From IMG/VR virus record IMGVR_UViG_3300028394_002011: 64,000 nt of DNA, one strand, 5' to 3'. Origin of the DNA: a virus. The first letter of the stretch is position 1, and every line of letters begins with the position of its first letter. The position numbers and the translations under genes are program-made. Below, piece by piece: positions 36,901-46,168 of the stretch. The notes under the pieces are model-generated. The model made no database searches and was not told the DNA's origin. It saw only the letters and a list, made by a program, of their open reading frames with translations.

Positions 36901-39900
36901 TGCTGAGATTGAGATTGATCATACTGCGTCGGGTGGTTCTATCTATCGATATCTTATCAGTACTGTTGAACATACTACAATCACAGTTAACGGGCAGAAC
37001 GTACTTAAATTGAATTTAAGTACCGCTGGTACAAATAGTACTATTACCACAGGATTGGCATATGCATTATACGATGGGCAAATGCTAACCATTCGTGTTA
37101 ATCAAAATATTAAATTTAATGATATTGACAACGTCAAACCAACAAGACCAAGTACTGCTGTTCAGTACAGCGAAAATTTAGGCGACATTTACAGAATTAT
37201 TGCTTACAATTTGACAGAATCAACAGGAGAATTATTGCCAGCAAACGTTGCTGTTTTACAAAGTGATAGTTCGTTTAGCTATTATAAATTCACAACTGAT
37301 GGCACGAACATTACCCAATTAGATCCTAGTGATTCTAGTAAAACACAAGGTAGTAAAGTTGGTGACAATAAAATAGCAGTGTTGCAAATCAGTCAGCAAA
37401 ACCAAATTGACCAATTGAACAAAGGAATCTTTTTGACTGGTTGGAATGGCCGAGTACACCGTATCACTGGGTATACACCACCGTTGTTTATTGCAACTGG
37501 TGCATTCAGTAGTTATGATGATGCAACCCGCAGATTAATTGTAACCAACGTGGCAGGAAGTATTGACATTGGTGATGTTGTCACTGGTACTGGATTTAGC
37601 AGTGGACAAACTGTTTCAAATGTTACATTTAGTGGAACTGGAACTATAACGGCAACTGTTACATTAAGTGCGGTGGCAAATACCACTCCCGCTGGTACTA
37701 TTACATTTGGTGTTAGTAAAAACGGATATTTGAGTATAGATCCTAATGCTGTACTGAATAACTCAGCTGATGGCTCTGATGTATCATCGCTGAATTACAA
37801 CTCAAAAGCTAGTGGGCCTACTGGTACAAATTATACTCAAGTGTTTTTTGATGTGCCATTTACTACCACATTGCCTGTAGTGGACAGTTATTTAACAATT
37901 GCCAATCAAGCAAACACCAGTTACAACGGCACATATCAAGTGTTGTCGGTTATAAGCAAAACACAAATTTCTATTGCCAGCACTAGTGCATTATCAGTGG
38001 GTATGGTTATTTCTAGTTCTGCAACTGGTACATATGTGCCTAGTACTTGTGTTATTCAAAGCATTGACAGTTCTACATTATTCACAGTCAGTCCAGCGGC
38101 TTGGATTCCAAGCGGAAGTAGCATTGTGTCAACACTGGTAGCATACTTGTCAGGATTGACTATTAGTAATCCCGGAACTAACTATACCGTAGTTCCTCAA
38201 ATTGAAATATCGGGTGGTGGCGCATTGGTGCAAGCTATTGTGACCTGCACAGTTGCCAATGGCAGTATACAATCAGTAACTATTGTTAGCCCAGGATACG
38301 GTTATAGCACTACTCCTAACGTTACTGTTAGCTATGGCGATGCAGTATTAACTCCAGTTCTCTCTGAATCGCCTCAGATTAATTCTACAGTGACAGCAGG
38401 TAACATAACAACTAGATTGGGGTTAATTTATGCTAGTGATCCTGGTGCATTTACTGCGGGTGCTAGCAGGACAGTTAGTGGATTTTCCAGCATTACTGGA
38501 AGCGGCCCATATGCGGTTAACTTAACTATAAATTCTGGTTCAGTACCAACAGCCGGCACGTGGTATCAAGTTACAGGTAATACAAATACACTGTATAATG
38601 GTTTTTATAAAGTTGACACTACCGGCTCAACAACAACTAATATTAGATTAATTTATAATTTTAATCCAGGAACATGGAGTACTAGCACACCTACCACAGT
38701 GATATTGTCAGTGACCAGCGGAACTAGTACTCAATTGGGTATCAGCAAACCATTCAGTACCGGAACCGCAGTGACTTTAAGAGCAGGATATCCTATAAAT
38801 TCATCAGCTCAAGTTACTACACGTATTAGTACTTGTCGTGTTACTGGTCATGATTTACTAGACATCGGAACTGGTAGTTATACCACTACAAACTGGCCAA
38901 CTGTGATTTACGGTAACCCTGCCAAAATTTATCAACAATCTCAAGAAATTAAAGAAGAAGGTGTGGGTCGTGTGTTCTATGTGACCACTGACCAAAACGG
39001 TATCTTCCGTGTGGGACGTTTCTTTACAGTTGACCAGGGAACTGGATCAGTTACATTCTCCGCAAGTATTGCGTTGAGTAACTTGGACGGTTTAGGATTC
39101 AAACGTGGTGTTGTGGTCAGTGAATTTTCAACTGATCCAAGCATGACCAACAACGCCAGTGACACTGTTCCTGTACAAAGTGCTATTAGAAGTTACATTG
39201 ATAAACGTTTGGGCATTGACCACGGAGGCAGTCCGGTTGCACTTGCAAGTTTGATTGGTTCAGGATATGTGCCATTAAACGGCACATTGGCCATGAAATC
39301 CACTTTCAACATGGGCAACTTTAATATTGTTAACTTGGGCACACCAGGTACTGACTACGAAGCCGCAAATAAATTGTATGTTGACAGCAGAGTACTGGCA
39401 TACAATTCTATCAACAAGTTAGTTGATACCACTGTGGTTAGTCCGTCAACAAATAATATTCTTGTGTACGACCAAACAGTGAGCAAATGGAAAAATAAAA
39501 CCATTACTGGTGACGTAAATCTTGATTTTAATACCAGCACTGGAGTGTTGTCTGCTGTTATACAACCAAGTTCAATTGTCAATACACAAATTTCACCCAG
39601 TGCTGGTATTCTGCAAAGCAAGTTGTTAATGACTATTGCCGGAGTATCTGGATCAGCGCCAAGTGGCAATGCGGCTTCAATACAGTCAAGCAATGGCGTG
39701 GCCAGTTTTAACTCTAACGAATTTACATTGTTCAACGGCTGGGCCAGTTTACGAACAAGCTCCAGTGCAAGCACTGGCGTAACGTTGAGTAAAATTCAAC
39801 AGATCAGTAACGGAACCATATTGGGTAACAGAAGTGGGTCCACTGCAAGTCCTGTTGAATTAACTCCTGCACAGGTAGTGGGAGATGCAGGTGGACTTAC

Positions 39901-40807
39901 TAATTCGTTATTCAATGCCAGCGGTGCTGTGACAGTGGCATTTGATGGCGTAAACGTGGCAAACAATGTGTATGCGGTAACAGGCATTACTACCACACGA
40001 GCTGTTAACAGTCTTGTTAAAACAGACAGTTCAGGCGGCATTGATGTCAACTATATAAAGATAGGTGGATATAAAGCATTAGGAATTACATCTTTAACTA
40101 ATACATTTACTACACCTGGCGGATTTGATTACATGACTGTGCTGGGAACAACGTCAAGTAATTCCAACATGACTGTGTTTGGTACATTGGATGTCAGCAA
40201 TGGTACATTAAAAACCAACTTGTTGACCACTGACAAATCAGGAGCGCCAAGTGGCCCTAACGCAGGCAGTGCCAGTATCAACGGCTGGTGGGCCATGCAA
40301 GCATCCAGTCAGATTGACTTTAGTCTTGGTACATTAAAATCTTTGACACTGACCACTGGCGGCGAAACTGTTGCAGGTACAATGACTGGACGTTGGACTC
40401 TCGCAGGTGCAAGTAGACTACAAGCTACTTACGCTGACTTGGCAGAATATTATGAAGGCGATCAGGAGTACGAAGAAGGCACAGTGCTGGTGTTTGGTGG
40501 TGACAAAGAAGTTACCACAACAACACAAATAAATGACACACGAAGTGCTGGCGTAGTCAGTGCTAACCCAGCATATGTGATGAATGGTGAACAAACTGGC
40601 ATCAAGGTTTGTATTGCACTGGCCGGTCGTGTGCCATGCAAAGTAATTGGGCGTGTTAAGAAAGGTGACATGCTGACCACCAGTGCCACTGCTGGTTATG
40701 CTGTTAAGGCTTTGAATCCTACTTTGGGTGCAGTAATTGGTAAGGCACTGGAAGACAAAGACTACGGAGAAGCTGGTATGATACAAGTTGCTGTGGGGAG
40801 AGTATAA
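30935..40807 (+). CDS. Giant virion structural protein (3290 aa); gp9/10-like N-terminus, helical repeats, C-terminal intramolecular-chaperone/peptidase G2-like domain
   Basis: IDIG...NDGTGDSIR..F.KVN.NF; repeated YDL.YGGN units; YADLAEYY...ALAGRVPCKV.G...KGD.L. Confidence 0.85.
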   Translation: MTQQLIDIGVQGNDGTGDSIRESFRKVNENFNEIYSVFGLGGTIRFTDLGDTPNSYSANQVIMSDTTGTTLTARDLVAGAGIAIDKTNNASLTIRSTTAGLIGDSAPSLGLNLNANNFTIARLANPSQTLVDAFNASYASLGVSTTLSQLAINKGYADSHYVAVSNGYITDALRARNEPAIPQINDPDYDKTLTSNYVSTEVMQRKDTVYRGGDKMTGALTLSDHPAPLEGFGTPNGANDLQAATKYYVDNNSYSSNINLFVSTTSGDDNQTKSPAGKEGRFWQYAYKTVGQAALAAESLINLASLEPGPYRQKVAYTVGVNQTFSTIQSVTLTGGNAGVSGYEHASELLRLNKSFIQSETIAYLNKKYVNYIPIDSARYNSIISNIVDGIGYDLVLNTNYNSVTQASKLFNPIYIDLVTEQLTQLLDGIDYAKNIILAYSYSTVNAQNYIGAVIDAICYDLVFQGSFQSIQIALAFGQYNTGLDLDEIKATLSNLQTTLVAIPSVALSTNAVSSITNNINLINNLLTTGDIPAVSFPSIQGTASGLVSARDLLLANIPFIQAEITAYLKANFPTVAYSKTRSERDINYIVWSVVYDLMYGGNQQSVYTGLQYWQGGVYQLLSSEKESWVAAINYINNLAQAIIINAQPSTVYQTSFRQYTNETVLGGSAASGSISTNIASIASIVNANSLPTPTVVLPTISAVSSVLLTARTDIVSQKTALKTAATTYINSNTSFSVINNDVINGIITANFDTIKNILTLGLGSRSVPTYVSPSGLASGYTYARQALLANSNFLVEETYAWQLVQTPSFVPSEGVASFKRRLNYFIEAVAYDITYGGNSGSLPTGYEYWINGVSTLSSTERSIYAQAIGRLQNIASLVSSNSVVTPTFQGVVSQTFNIIWVGGNAGQSIINERFSNISTIIQNNTSLVYVYPSLDGFDSVYKAARTTITGNKTSISASVINYLTAKYKGGFNYNEVTCYRDIGYIIEGMRIDLLTGGNYQTVTAGKSYYKSASARLAITTQLTETVDGLTFAKNLALQVLNQTSATRFQTLVAQVFNVSLTASAPAKTTFTNNMNTILSIITNGYGSAPAASFGTGIYTVVFGNGGNGYVDQGSPGSVHIIPAKILLGSTSGAAGTIVKYLPGSGASTDSIQVRLTKPAFFQTSEQMEFGETVKDLNITIFVESGVYYEDYPIRLPANCSIKGDEFRRTIIRPLDRISQSPWRKIFFYRDAVIDGLQIGLTNTSVDYATASSITLGSTTDKIIITLGSGQAQANWIGKIVQDNNVPPGKAVVESVAGNTMNCSVIYPFAVKTTYASGNWHLYGTYNYGRHYLTNPLDITSTSKNNRDIDVLLCGDATRVSNLTFQGHGGFAMVLDPEGQIKTKSPYGQVCSSFSQSVNRQAFRGGQFVDGFAGRLFGTITNVADAGITVTVTGSVNSGLDIRPPQAPCVFYVQGNRFQVNDVVSFDPATYTVVLTLDVSTPFNTVNIYNTANFSTAVGLRIDDLTNDLVLGSNFQSIKTGLYYLQTANVVVGIKQTYLLAGLNKTRDLMNSAISNGTSRGIITSQMTTITDMISSGLAALPAATFPEPLGVATNVSGAVNILKANKQFIRDELVAWVATNFATRGYLGYSAFDLSQRMGYLIDAMTYDLLYGGNSATRDIAQFYYSNSVSQIAGLEYLYSSAISKLISLVKSVAVNTTVTPTVGNISPQVTNLPAATSAQGTILANLASLAIDYILDGNFNNSIIGTITSGSANITNVSYNPALINGATIASAVNAGVPAGTTIVSYDPVTNIVVMSATATVTSTNLKLTVGGTVPSRIAPTTAGQNSQRIIDAGAIVSAKTSIQNGVISYLDSGGGTGINVEMGGNRSMLANDFAMINDLGYAIVATNGGVTEQVSTFTYYCHTHYWANNGGQIRSVAGSNAHGNYGLRSSGYDVTELPDSVKLANDMVQTAQVYKQGLVSTQMAPTATAQALGIWIIGYTYTPPNNAEIEIDHTASGGSIYRYLISTVEHTTITVNGQNVLKLNLSTAGTNSTITTGLAYALYDGQMLTIRVNQNIKFNDIDNVKPTRPSTAVQYSENLGDIYRIIAYNLTESTGELLPANVAVLQSDSSFSYYKFTTDGTNITQLDPSDSSKTQGSKVGDNKIAVLQISQQNQIDQLNKGIFLTGWNGRVHRITGYTPPLFIATGAFSSYDDATRRLIVTNVAGSIDIGDVVTGTGFSSGQTVSNVTFSGTGTITATVTLSAVANTTPAGTITFGVSKNGYLSIDPNAVLNNSADGSDVSSLNYNSKASGPTGTNYTQVFFDVPFTTTLPVVDSYLTIANQANTSYNGTYQVLSVISKTQISIASTSALSVGMVISSSATGTYVPSTCVIQSIDSSTLFTVSPAAWIPSGSSIVSTLVAYLSGLTISNPGTNYTVVPQIEISGGGALVQAIVTCTVANGSIQSVTIVSPGYGYSTTPNVTVSYGDAVLTPVLSESPQINSTVTAGNITTRLGLIYASDPGAFTAGASRTVSGFSSITGSGPYAVNLTINSGSVPTAGTWYQVTGNTNTLYNGFYKVDTTGSTTTNIRLIYNFNPGTWSTSTPTTVILSVTSGTSTQLGISKPFSTGTAVTLRAGYPINSSAQVTTRISTCRVTGHDLLDIGTGSYTTTNWPTVIYGNPAKIYQQSQEIKEEGVGRVFYVTTDQNGIFRVGRFFTVDQGTGSVTFSASIALSNLDGLGFKRGVVVSEFSTDPSMTNNASDTVPVQSAIRSYIDKRLGIDHGGSPVALASLIGSGYVPLNGTLAMKSTFNMGNFNIVNLGTPGTDYEAANKLYVDSRVLAYNSINKLVDTTVVSPSTNNILVYDQTVSKWKNKTITGDVNLDFNTSTGVLSAVIQPSSIVNTQISPSAGILQSKLLMTIAGVSGSAPSGNAASIQSSNGVASFNSNEFTLFNGWASLRTSSSASTGVTLSKIQQISNGTILGNRSGSTASPVELTPAQVVGDAGGLTNSLFNASGAVTVAFDGVNVANNVYAVTGITTTRAVNSLVKTDSSGGIDVNYIKIGGYKALGITSLTNTFTTPGGFDYMTVLGTTSSNSNMTVFGTLDVSNGTLKTNLLTTDKSGAPSGPNAGSASINGWWAMQASSQIDFSLGTLKSLTLTTGGETVAGTMTGRWTLAGASRLQATYADLAEYYEGDQEYEEGTVLVFGGDKEVTTTTQINDTRSAGVVSANPAYVMNGEQTGIKVCIALAGRVPCKVIGRVKKGDMLTTSATAGYAVKALNPTLGAVIGKALEDKDYGEAGMIQVAVGRV

Positions 40808-43800
40808 TGACTAAATTAAATGTTAATATTGGACAAAGTGTCAACGATAAAACCGGTGACACACTTCGCTCAGCGTTTGATAAAATAAATCAAAACTTTA
40901 CTGAACTGTATACCTTGACAGGTGGCACTAGTGCAGACTTGAGAGAGCTGGCGCAGGACTATGCGGCACCCATGTTCAATCATGCCAGTCACACCAACAT
41001 CACTGTGACCTATGATGATGCCAATAACAAAATATTACTAACTGGGGCGGCGGCACAGGTACAAAGCAACTGGACTGCAACTACTGGTTTGGGTGTTATA
41101 CTTAACAAGCCAACTATACCAGCTAGCTTTGCTGGCTATGACAATGAAATACAGGTTAGTCAAGTGGATGGTGATGACACTACTGGTAATGGTGACTTGC
41201 TGACGCCAGTTGCCACGATTACCAAAGCACTGACTTTGGTAACTGGCGAAAGAAGAACCATAATTATTCACCCAGGCACATATACTGAAAGCCCAACAAT
41301 AACAGTTCAATACACAGTGTTGACTACTCTGGCAACTGTGGGTGGTAGTACTGTTATTTCCGGAACTGTGACCGCAACCACTGGCTGTACTATTTCAGGA
41401 CTAAAAATAACAAACTTGACCAGCACGGCGGCATCTGGTACTGGAAATGTAAACATACTCAACTGCGATATCAGTGGCACACTCACAAAGAGTGGCTCGG
41501 GCTTATACACCCTGGTTCGCTTTACTGACTTCGGTGCCGCAACTATTAGTGGAAGTGGATTGGTTGATATCTATGGTGGCACTACAACATTTGTAACAGT
41601 TAGCAACGCTGCCGCAAATGTGCTGATTAAAAACGGTACTACCGTTGCTCCAGTCGTAACTGCGGGAAGTTTAAGCATAGTACAGATGGTGGTAGTTGCG
41701 GCCGTGACCAATGCTGTGACTACCAATGCTGGAACAGTTATTACCATGGCAAATTGCCAAATAGTAAATTCAGCATTGAATAACGTTGCTCCAGTTTCGT
41801 TAAGTGGTTTCTACTCAATCTTCAACTGTGTATATGACAAGCCTAGTTCAACCTTAGTAGCCCTGTCAGCAACAGGTGGTTCAACCAATTCCGTTGATTA
41901 CTTTCAGTTCATTAATGCTGATAGATTGATTTTGGCATCAGGTGGTAGAATAACATTCCCAGATAGCACAACGCAGACCACAGCCTGGCTTGGCAGTGTA
42001 AGCAGTTTGGTCAACGGTACAAAGACAGTGAGCCTTGGCTCGGATGGCACATTGACGCTACCAGCACAGTCAGCTACACTGACCAATGTGAATCAAATTG
42101 TATCAGCTAAAATCTATCGAGCTGGTGCCAGTACAGATACAGCCACAATACAAACTGCTCTAGATAATTGGATGGAGGCTGAGCAGGCGTGGATAGATAT
42201 ACGTACTGAAGATGCAATATCAAATGCCGCGGTCGGAAAACCTGCAAGACCGTGGGCAGGCATGCCCAGCTATACAGCATATCAACAGATAATGCTGTAT
42301 AACCCAACTGGCGGACAATTATCAGTACCCGGTAATATGGCGCCCACAGCCAAGACCGCAAGCGATAATTACCTAGCATACAAAGAACTGCAACGCAACA
42401 TTGACATTGTGGCAGGCACCAACACATTCAGCTTTGAGAACACTGGCGCCTTGAGAGTTCCAGGTGTAATTACCAAAAACAATAATCTCACATTGGTCAG
42501 TGTAGGCACAACCGTCTATCAAGGGTTATCTGATCAAGGATTACCTGTAGAGGTTCGAAACGATCTAACAGCGGCAGTTGTTGCTGACGGAGAGAATGGC
42601 AGAGTGTTCGTAAGAACAGATGATGGAACAACATTACGCACTTGGCAGTTTGATAAAGATGGCCTCTTGACATTCCCCAACAACACAGTTCAGACCACAG
42701 CCTGGCTTGGCAGTGTAAGCAGTTTGGTCAACGGTGGCAGCACATTGAGTCTTGCTTCAACTGGTGTATTGACATTTCCCAGCAACACCATTAAATCTGC
42801 GGTAGACACTGCGCTTGCAGTTACCACTCAGGAAACAGTGGTTACCACCAGTCCGACCTATAACAATGCAACAGCCTTCTCAACAGGCATAACAGTATAC
42901 GGCACATTTATACAGGGATGGTATCAACGCAATAGTCAACAGATTGAGTTTGCCCTGTTCGGAACCCCTGCGTTTGTGACCTATGTGACTGGACTGGCTC
43001 TAGGCACGGGTATGGGTGTGGTGTATGAAACATCCGGTGGCCAGCCTAATTTGTTTACTGGCACCATAACACAGGCATTCATCGCCCTAGGGCAATACGA
43101 TCCAGCACATCCAACCTGGCAGCGTGTGAGTGGTAGAGTAGACGGCACACTGCCTAACAATACGGGTATCCGTAGTGTATCTTTTTCAACCTCAAGCACA
43201 GTTCCACATAATTTTACATTTGGCACAGATGGTAGTTTAAGATTGCCCAACGATGCTGTGATAAAAGATACTGCTGGCGATGCTGTAGCATTTGGACAAA
43301 ATGCTGGTACAAATGGTCAAGGCGATTATGCAGTAGCAGTTGGTAAAGATGCTGGTATCAACACCCAAGGTACTTTAGCAGTGGCAGTTGGTCTTTCGGC
43401 TGGAGAAACTAATCAGGGCGCAGGGGCGGTGTCGGTTGGTAGGCTTGCTGGCAATTTTAACCAGGGTGCAAATGCAGTAGCAGTTGGAGCATATGCTGGT
43501 AATAACGGTCAAGCTAACAATTCGATCATATTGAATGCTACTGGCTCTGCCTTGAATCAAACTACAGCCAACACATTCACAGTAGCTCCGGTTAGAAATG
43601 CCACTGGTACAAGTGGCATATTACAATACAACTCTACTACCAAAGAAGTCACATACAGCAATACGATCACTGTTAATAGTAGCACCTGGACCTTTGGCAC
43701 AGATGGTAATTTATCATTGCCCAACTCAGCTGTTATTGGTCAAGCAAGTGATGTTGAAATCACTGCCGCGGCCACAGCCTATACTGATAGTTTGACTTTT

Positions 43801-45462
43801 TGGGCTGGTGTACGAGCCAGTTATCAGGCACAGGCCGATAATTTGGGTCTCACATCTTCTAATTGGCCATTTATAGCGTGGAACGTAACCGGCCCAACTG
43901 CCACAGATTTTCAACAACAGCTTACAACAGCGTGGTCAAGACAGAATGCCTCGATATCCAGTCCACCACTGCCGCTGATATTTCAGCCTCCTATCACAAC
44001 CTCAGCGTATGCTGAACTTAGATATGCAATTACAGTTGTTGGAACTGCCTGGGATACTTGGCAAGCATTGCTGACCAGTGTGGAGATTACCTCAGGTAGC
44101 GAATCGATTACATTGTTGAGCAATGGCAAAGTGGTTGTTCCCAATATCATCCAAACTGATCCAGAAGAAGATCTTGTTATTAGAACTAGATATGCTAGTG
44201 CGACCAGCCCACCGAGCACAACAAGCTATACCAATCGAGATTTTACATTTAGTACCAATGGAAACTTAACTATTCCAATTGGCATTGCCAGCACCACAGG
44301 TAATTCACGAATTACACCAAATTCAACTGTGTCTAGTAAATTCTTTAACTTTTTTGTAGACGGCTCAAATGGGGCATATACCAGCTCTTTGTTAGACATG
44401 CCTGTGGCGGAAAATAACAAAACAGTTAGTGTTCAATTCTATCACTCTAATAACACTGTTGGCAATCTTTGGAATCAAGGTACAGATACTATTGGTCTAA
44501 CCAATTTCAACAATGCGTTTAATATCTTGGGATTGCGTACTGATATAAAACTTACGGCAGAGGATAGTTCAAGTAACCGATTTACGTGGACGTTTGATAA
44601 GACCGGAATATTAACAGTACCGGGCAGTGTAGTTGGTACAGCCACACAAAACGTATTCAATACCACATCAACCACAGTCAACGCATTTGGTGCGGCCACT
44701 ACGCTGAACATGGGCGCGGCAGGCGGCACTACTACCATTGCTGGCGACTTGGTTGTTAACGGTACCACAACCACTATCAATTCAACAACTGTCACAGTTG
44801 ATGACAAGAACATTGAACTTGGCAGTGTTGCATCACCAACCAACACCACAGCTGATGGCGGCGGTATCACACTGAAAGGTACTACTGATAAAACCATAGT
44901 CTGGGACAATGCCAATACCAACTGGACTGCAAGTGAACATTGGAACATTGCTTCAGGCAAGTCCTACAAGATCAACAATGTTGCTGTACTAACTGCTACA
45001 GCCGTGTTGAATGATGCAAGTCAAACTTCTGTCACCATTGCTGGCAATGCTACTACTGCATTGACTATCGGTGCTAGCGGTGCACCTATTACTGGCTTTG
45101 CGGCAACTGCTACCACATCAAGTACAGCTTCTAGTCTAGGTTATCTTGGCTTGCCACAAAGTGCTACAGCTACCACTGCCACATTGGCCATAGGTGATGC
45201 TGGCAAACACATTTATGTAACTACAGCAAGTCAGACCATAACCATTCCAGCCAATGCATCAGTGGCTTATCCAATAGGAACCACTCTTACATTCATAGCA
45301 GGACCAAGTGCTACCACAGTCAGCATTGCTATCACATCAGACACACTGAGATTAGCAGGTGGCACAAGCACTGGCACAAGAACACTGGCTGCAAATGGTA
45401 TGGCCACAGCAGTCAAAGTGGCAAGTACCACTTGGTACATCAACGGAACAGGACTAACATAA
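40807..45462 (+). CDS. Long modular tail fibre or receptor-binding protein (1551 aa)
   Basis: gp9/10-like N-terminus (NIG...ND.TGD.LR.AF.KIN.NF); recurring W/F.F..DG.L.xP linkers; Thr/Ala/Gly-rich. Confidence 0.8.
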   Translation: MTKLNVNIGQSVNDKTGDTLRSAFDKINQNFTELYTLTGGTSADLRELAQDYAAPMFNHASHTNITVTYDDANNKILLTGAAAQVQSNWTATTGLGVILNKPTIPASFAGYDNEIQVSQVDGDDTTGNGDLLTPVATITKALTLVTGERRTIIIHPGTYTESPTITVQYTVLTTLATVGGSTVISGTVTATTGCTISGLKITNLTSTAASGTGNVNILNCDISGTLTKSGSGLYTLVRFTDFGAATISGSGLVDIYGGTTTFVTVSNAAANVLIKNGTTVAPVVTAGSLSIVQMVVVAAVTNAVTTNAGTVITMANCQIVNSALNNVAPVSLSGFYSIFNCVYDKPSSTLVALSATGGSTNSVDYFQFINADRLILASGGRITFPDSTTQTTAWLGSVSSLVNGTKTVSLGSDGTLTLPAQSATLTNVNQIVSAKIYRAGASTDTATIQTALDNWMEAEQAWIDIRTEDAISNAAVGKPARPWAGMPSYTAYQQIMLYNPTGGQLSVPGNMAPTAKTASDNYLAYKELQRNIDIVAGTNTFSFENTGALRVPGVITKNNNLTLVSVGTTVYQGLSDQGLPVEVRNDLTAAVVADGENGRVFVRTDDGTTLRTWQFDKDGLLTFPNNTVQTTAWLGSVSSLVNGGSTLSLASTGVLTFPSNTIKSAVDTALAVTTQETVVTTSPTYNNATAFSTGITVYGTFIQGWYQRNSQQIEFALFGTPAFVTYVTGLALGTGMGVVYETSGGQPNLFTGTITQAFIALGQYDPAHPTWQRVSGRVDGTLPNNTGIRSVSFSTSSTVPHNFTFGTDGSLRLPNDAVIKDTAGDAVAFGQNAGTNGQGDYAVAVGKDAGINTQGTLAVAVGLSAGETNQGAGAVSVGRLAGNFNQGANAVAVGAYAGNNGQANNSIILNATGSALNQTTANTFTVAPVRNATGTSGILQYNSTTKEVTYSNTITVNSSTWTFGTDGNLSLPNSAVIGQASDVEITAAATAYTDSLTFWAGVRASYQAQADNLGLTSSNWPFIAWNVTGPTATDFQQQLTTAWSRQNASISSPPLPLIFQPPITTSAYAELRYAITVVGTAWDTWQALLTSVEITSGSESITLLSNGKVVVPNIIQTDPEEDLVIRTRYASATSPPSTTSYTNRDFTFSTNGNLTIPIGIASTTGNSRITPNSTVSSKFFNFFVDGSNGAYTSSLLDMPVAENNKTVSVQFYHSNNTVGNLWNQGTDTIGLTNFNNAFNILGLRTDIKLTAEDSSSNRFTWTFDKTGILTVPGSVVGTATQNVFNTTSTTVNAFGAATTLNMGAAGGTTTIAGDLVVNGTTTTINSTTVTVDDKNIELGSVASPTNTTADGGGITLKGTTDKTIVWDNANTNWTASEHWNIASGKSYKINNVAVLTATAVLNDASQTSVTIAGNATTALTIGASGAPITGFAATATTSSTASSLGYLGLPQSATATTATLAIGDAGKHIYVTTASQTITIPANASVAYPIGTTLTFIAGPSATTVSIAITSDTLRLAGGTSTGTRTLAANGMATAVKVASTTWYINGTGLT
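41974..42018 (+). repeat. 45-bp exact direct repeat, copy 1 (copy 2 at 42691..42735)
   Basis: CAGACCACAGCCTGGCTTGGCAGTGTAAGCAGTTTGGTCAACGGT. Confidence 0.9.
42691..42735 (+). repeat. 45-bp exact direct repeat, copy 2
   Basis: Identical to 41974..42018. Confidence 0.9.
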
Positions 45463-45463
45463 T

Positions 45464-46168
45464 ATGACAGGCGTATCAGCATTAATGACCAGCTATGGCG
45501 GAACGAGTGGACCCGCATTGGTATTAGATCTAGATGCGGCCAATTATTCGGCAGTTCCAGTCAATGGCAGTACAATAGCAGGCACTGGGGCTTTTGCTAT
45601 AACCACAAGCAATACCAACAGCAGTATGGCGTGGGCATCAACTGCTGGTGGCATATTCCGCAAGACCACTGCCAACGACACAGATATGTTGAGGTTTGGC
45701 CCAAATTATTCATCCTCTTCACAGGCCTATACAGTGATGATGGTTTACCGATCACAGTCAGGCACAGCAGGTAGATTGTTGAACGCCAATACTGCTAGTC
45801 CGGACTGGTTAATGGGACTATGGGGTAATTCCGGTGGGGTACAAGATATCTTCTTCAACGGGTCATTTTTAGGCAGTAGTAGCACAGCTCAAACAGGTGC
45901 TTGGAGATTTGCTTGGATGACATCTAACGGCACTACTACCACAAATGCCTATGCGGCCGGCAGTACTGCTCCTACCGGCACTCACGGAACTAGAGCTGGT
46001 GTCAGTGGATTTAACGGCCTAAGATTGTTTGGTAGATATGTCAGTTCCGTCCAAAATACAGAAGTTGTAACTGCTGATGTGGGCTTGGTCAAGGTCTGGG
46101 ACGGCGTATTGACCTTGGCACAGATACAGGCACAGCATGAAGCATACAGAACAAGATTTGGATATTAA
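45464..46168 (+). CDS. Concanavalin A/LamG-like lectin-domain virion protein
   Basis: LVLDLDAANY...; beta-rich; C-terminal VKVWDGVLTLAQIQ.....RTRFG. Confidence 0.65.
   Translation: MTGVSALMTSYGGTSGPALVLDLDAANYSAVPVNGSTIAGTGAFAITTSNTNSSMAWASTAGGIFRKTTANDTDMLRFGPNYSSSSQAYTVMMVYRSQSGTAGRLLNANTASPDWLMGLWGNSGGVQDIFFNGSFLGSSSTAQTGAWRFAWMTSNGTTTTNAYAAGSTAPTGTHGTRAGVSGFNGLRLFGRYVSSVQNTEVVTADVGLVKVWDGVLTLAQIQAQHEAYRTRFGY

Noticed and set aside
41974-42735. Fibre repeats as a diversity-generating retroelement TR/VR pair
   Set aside because: The copies are identical with no adenine-specific mismatches, are only 45 bp, and no reverse transcriptase is in the window.
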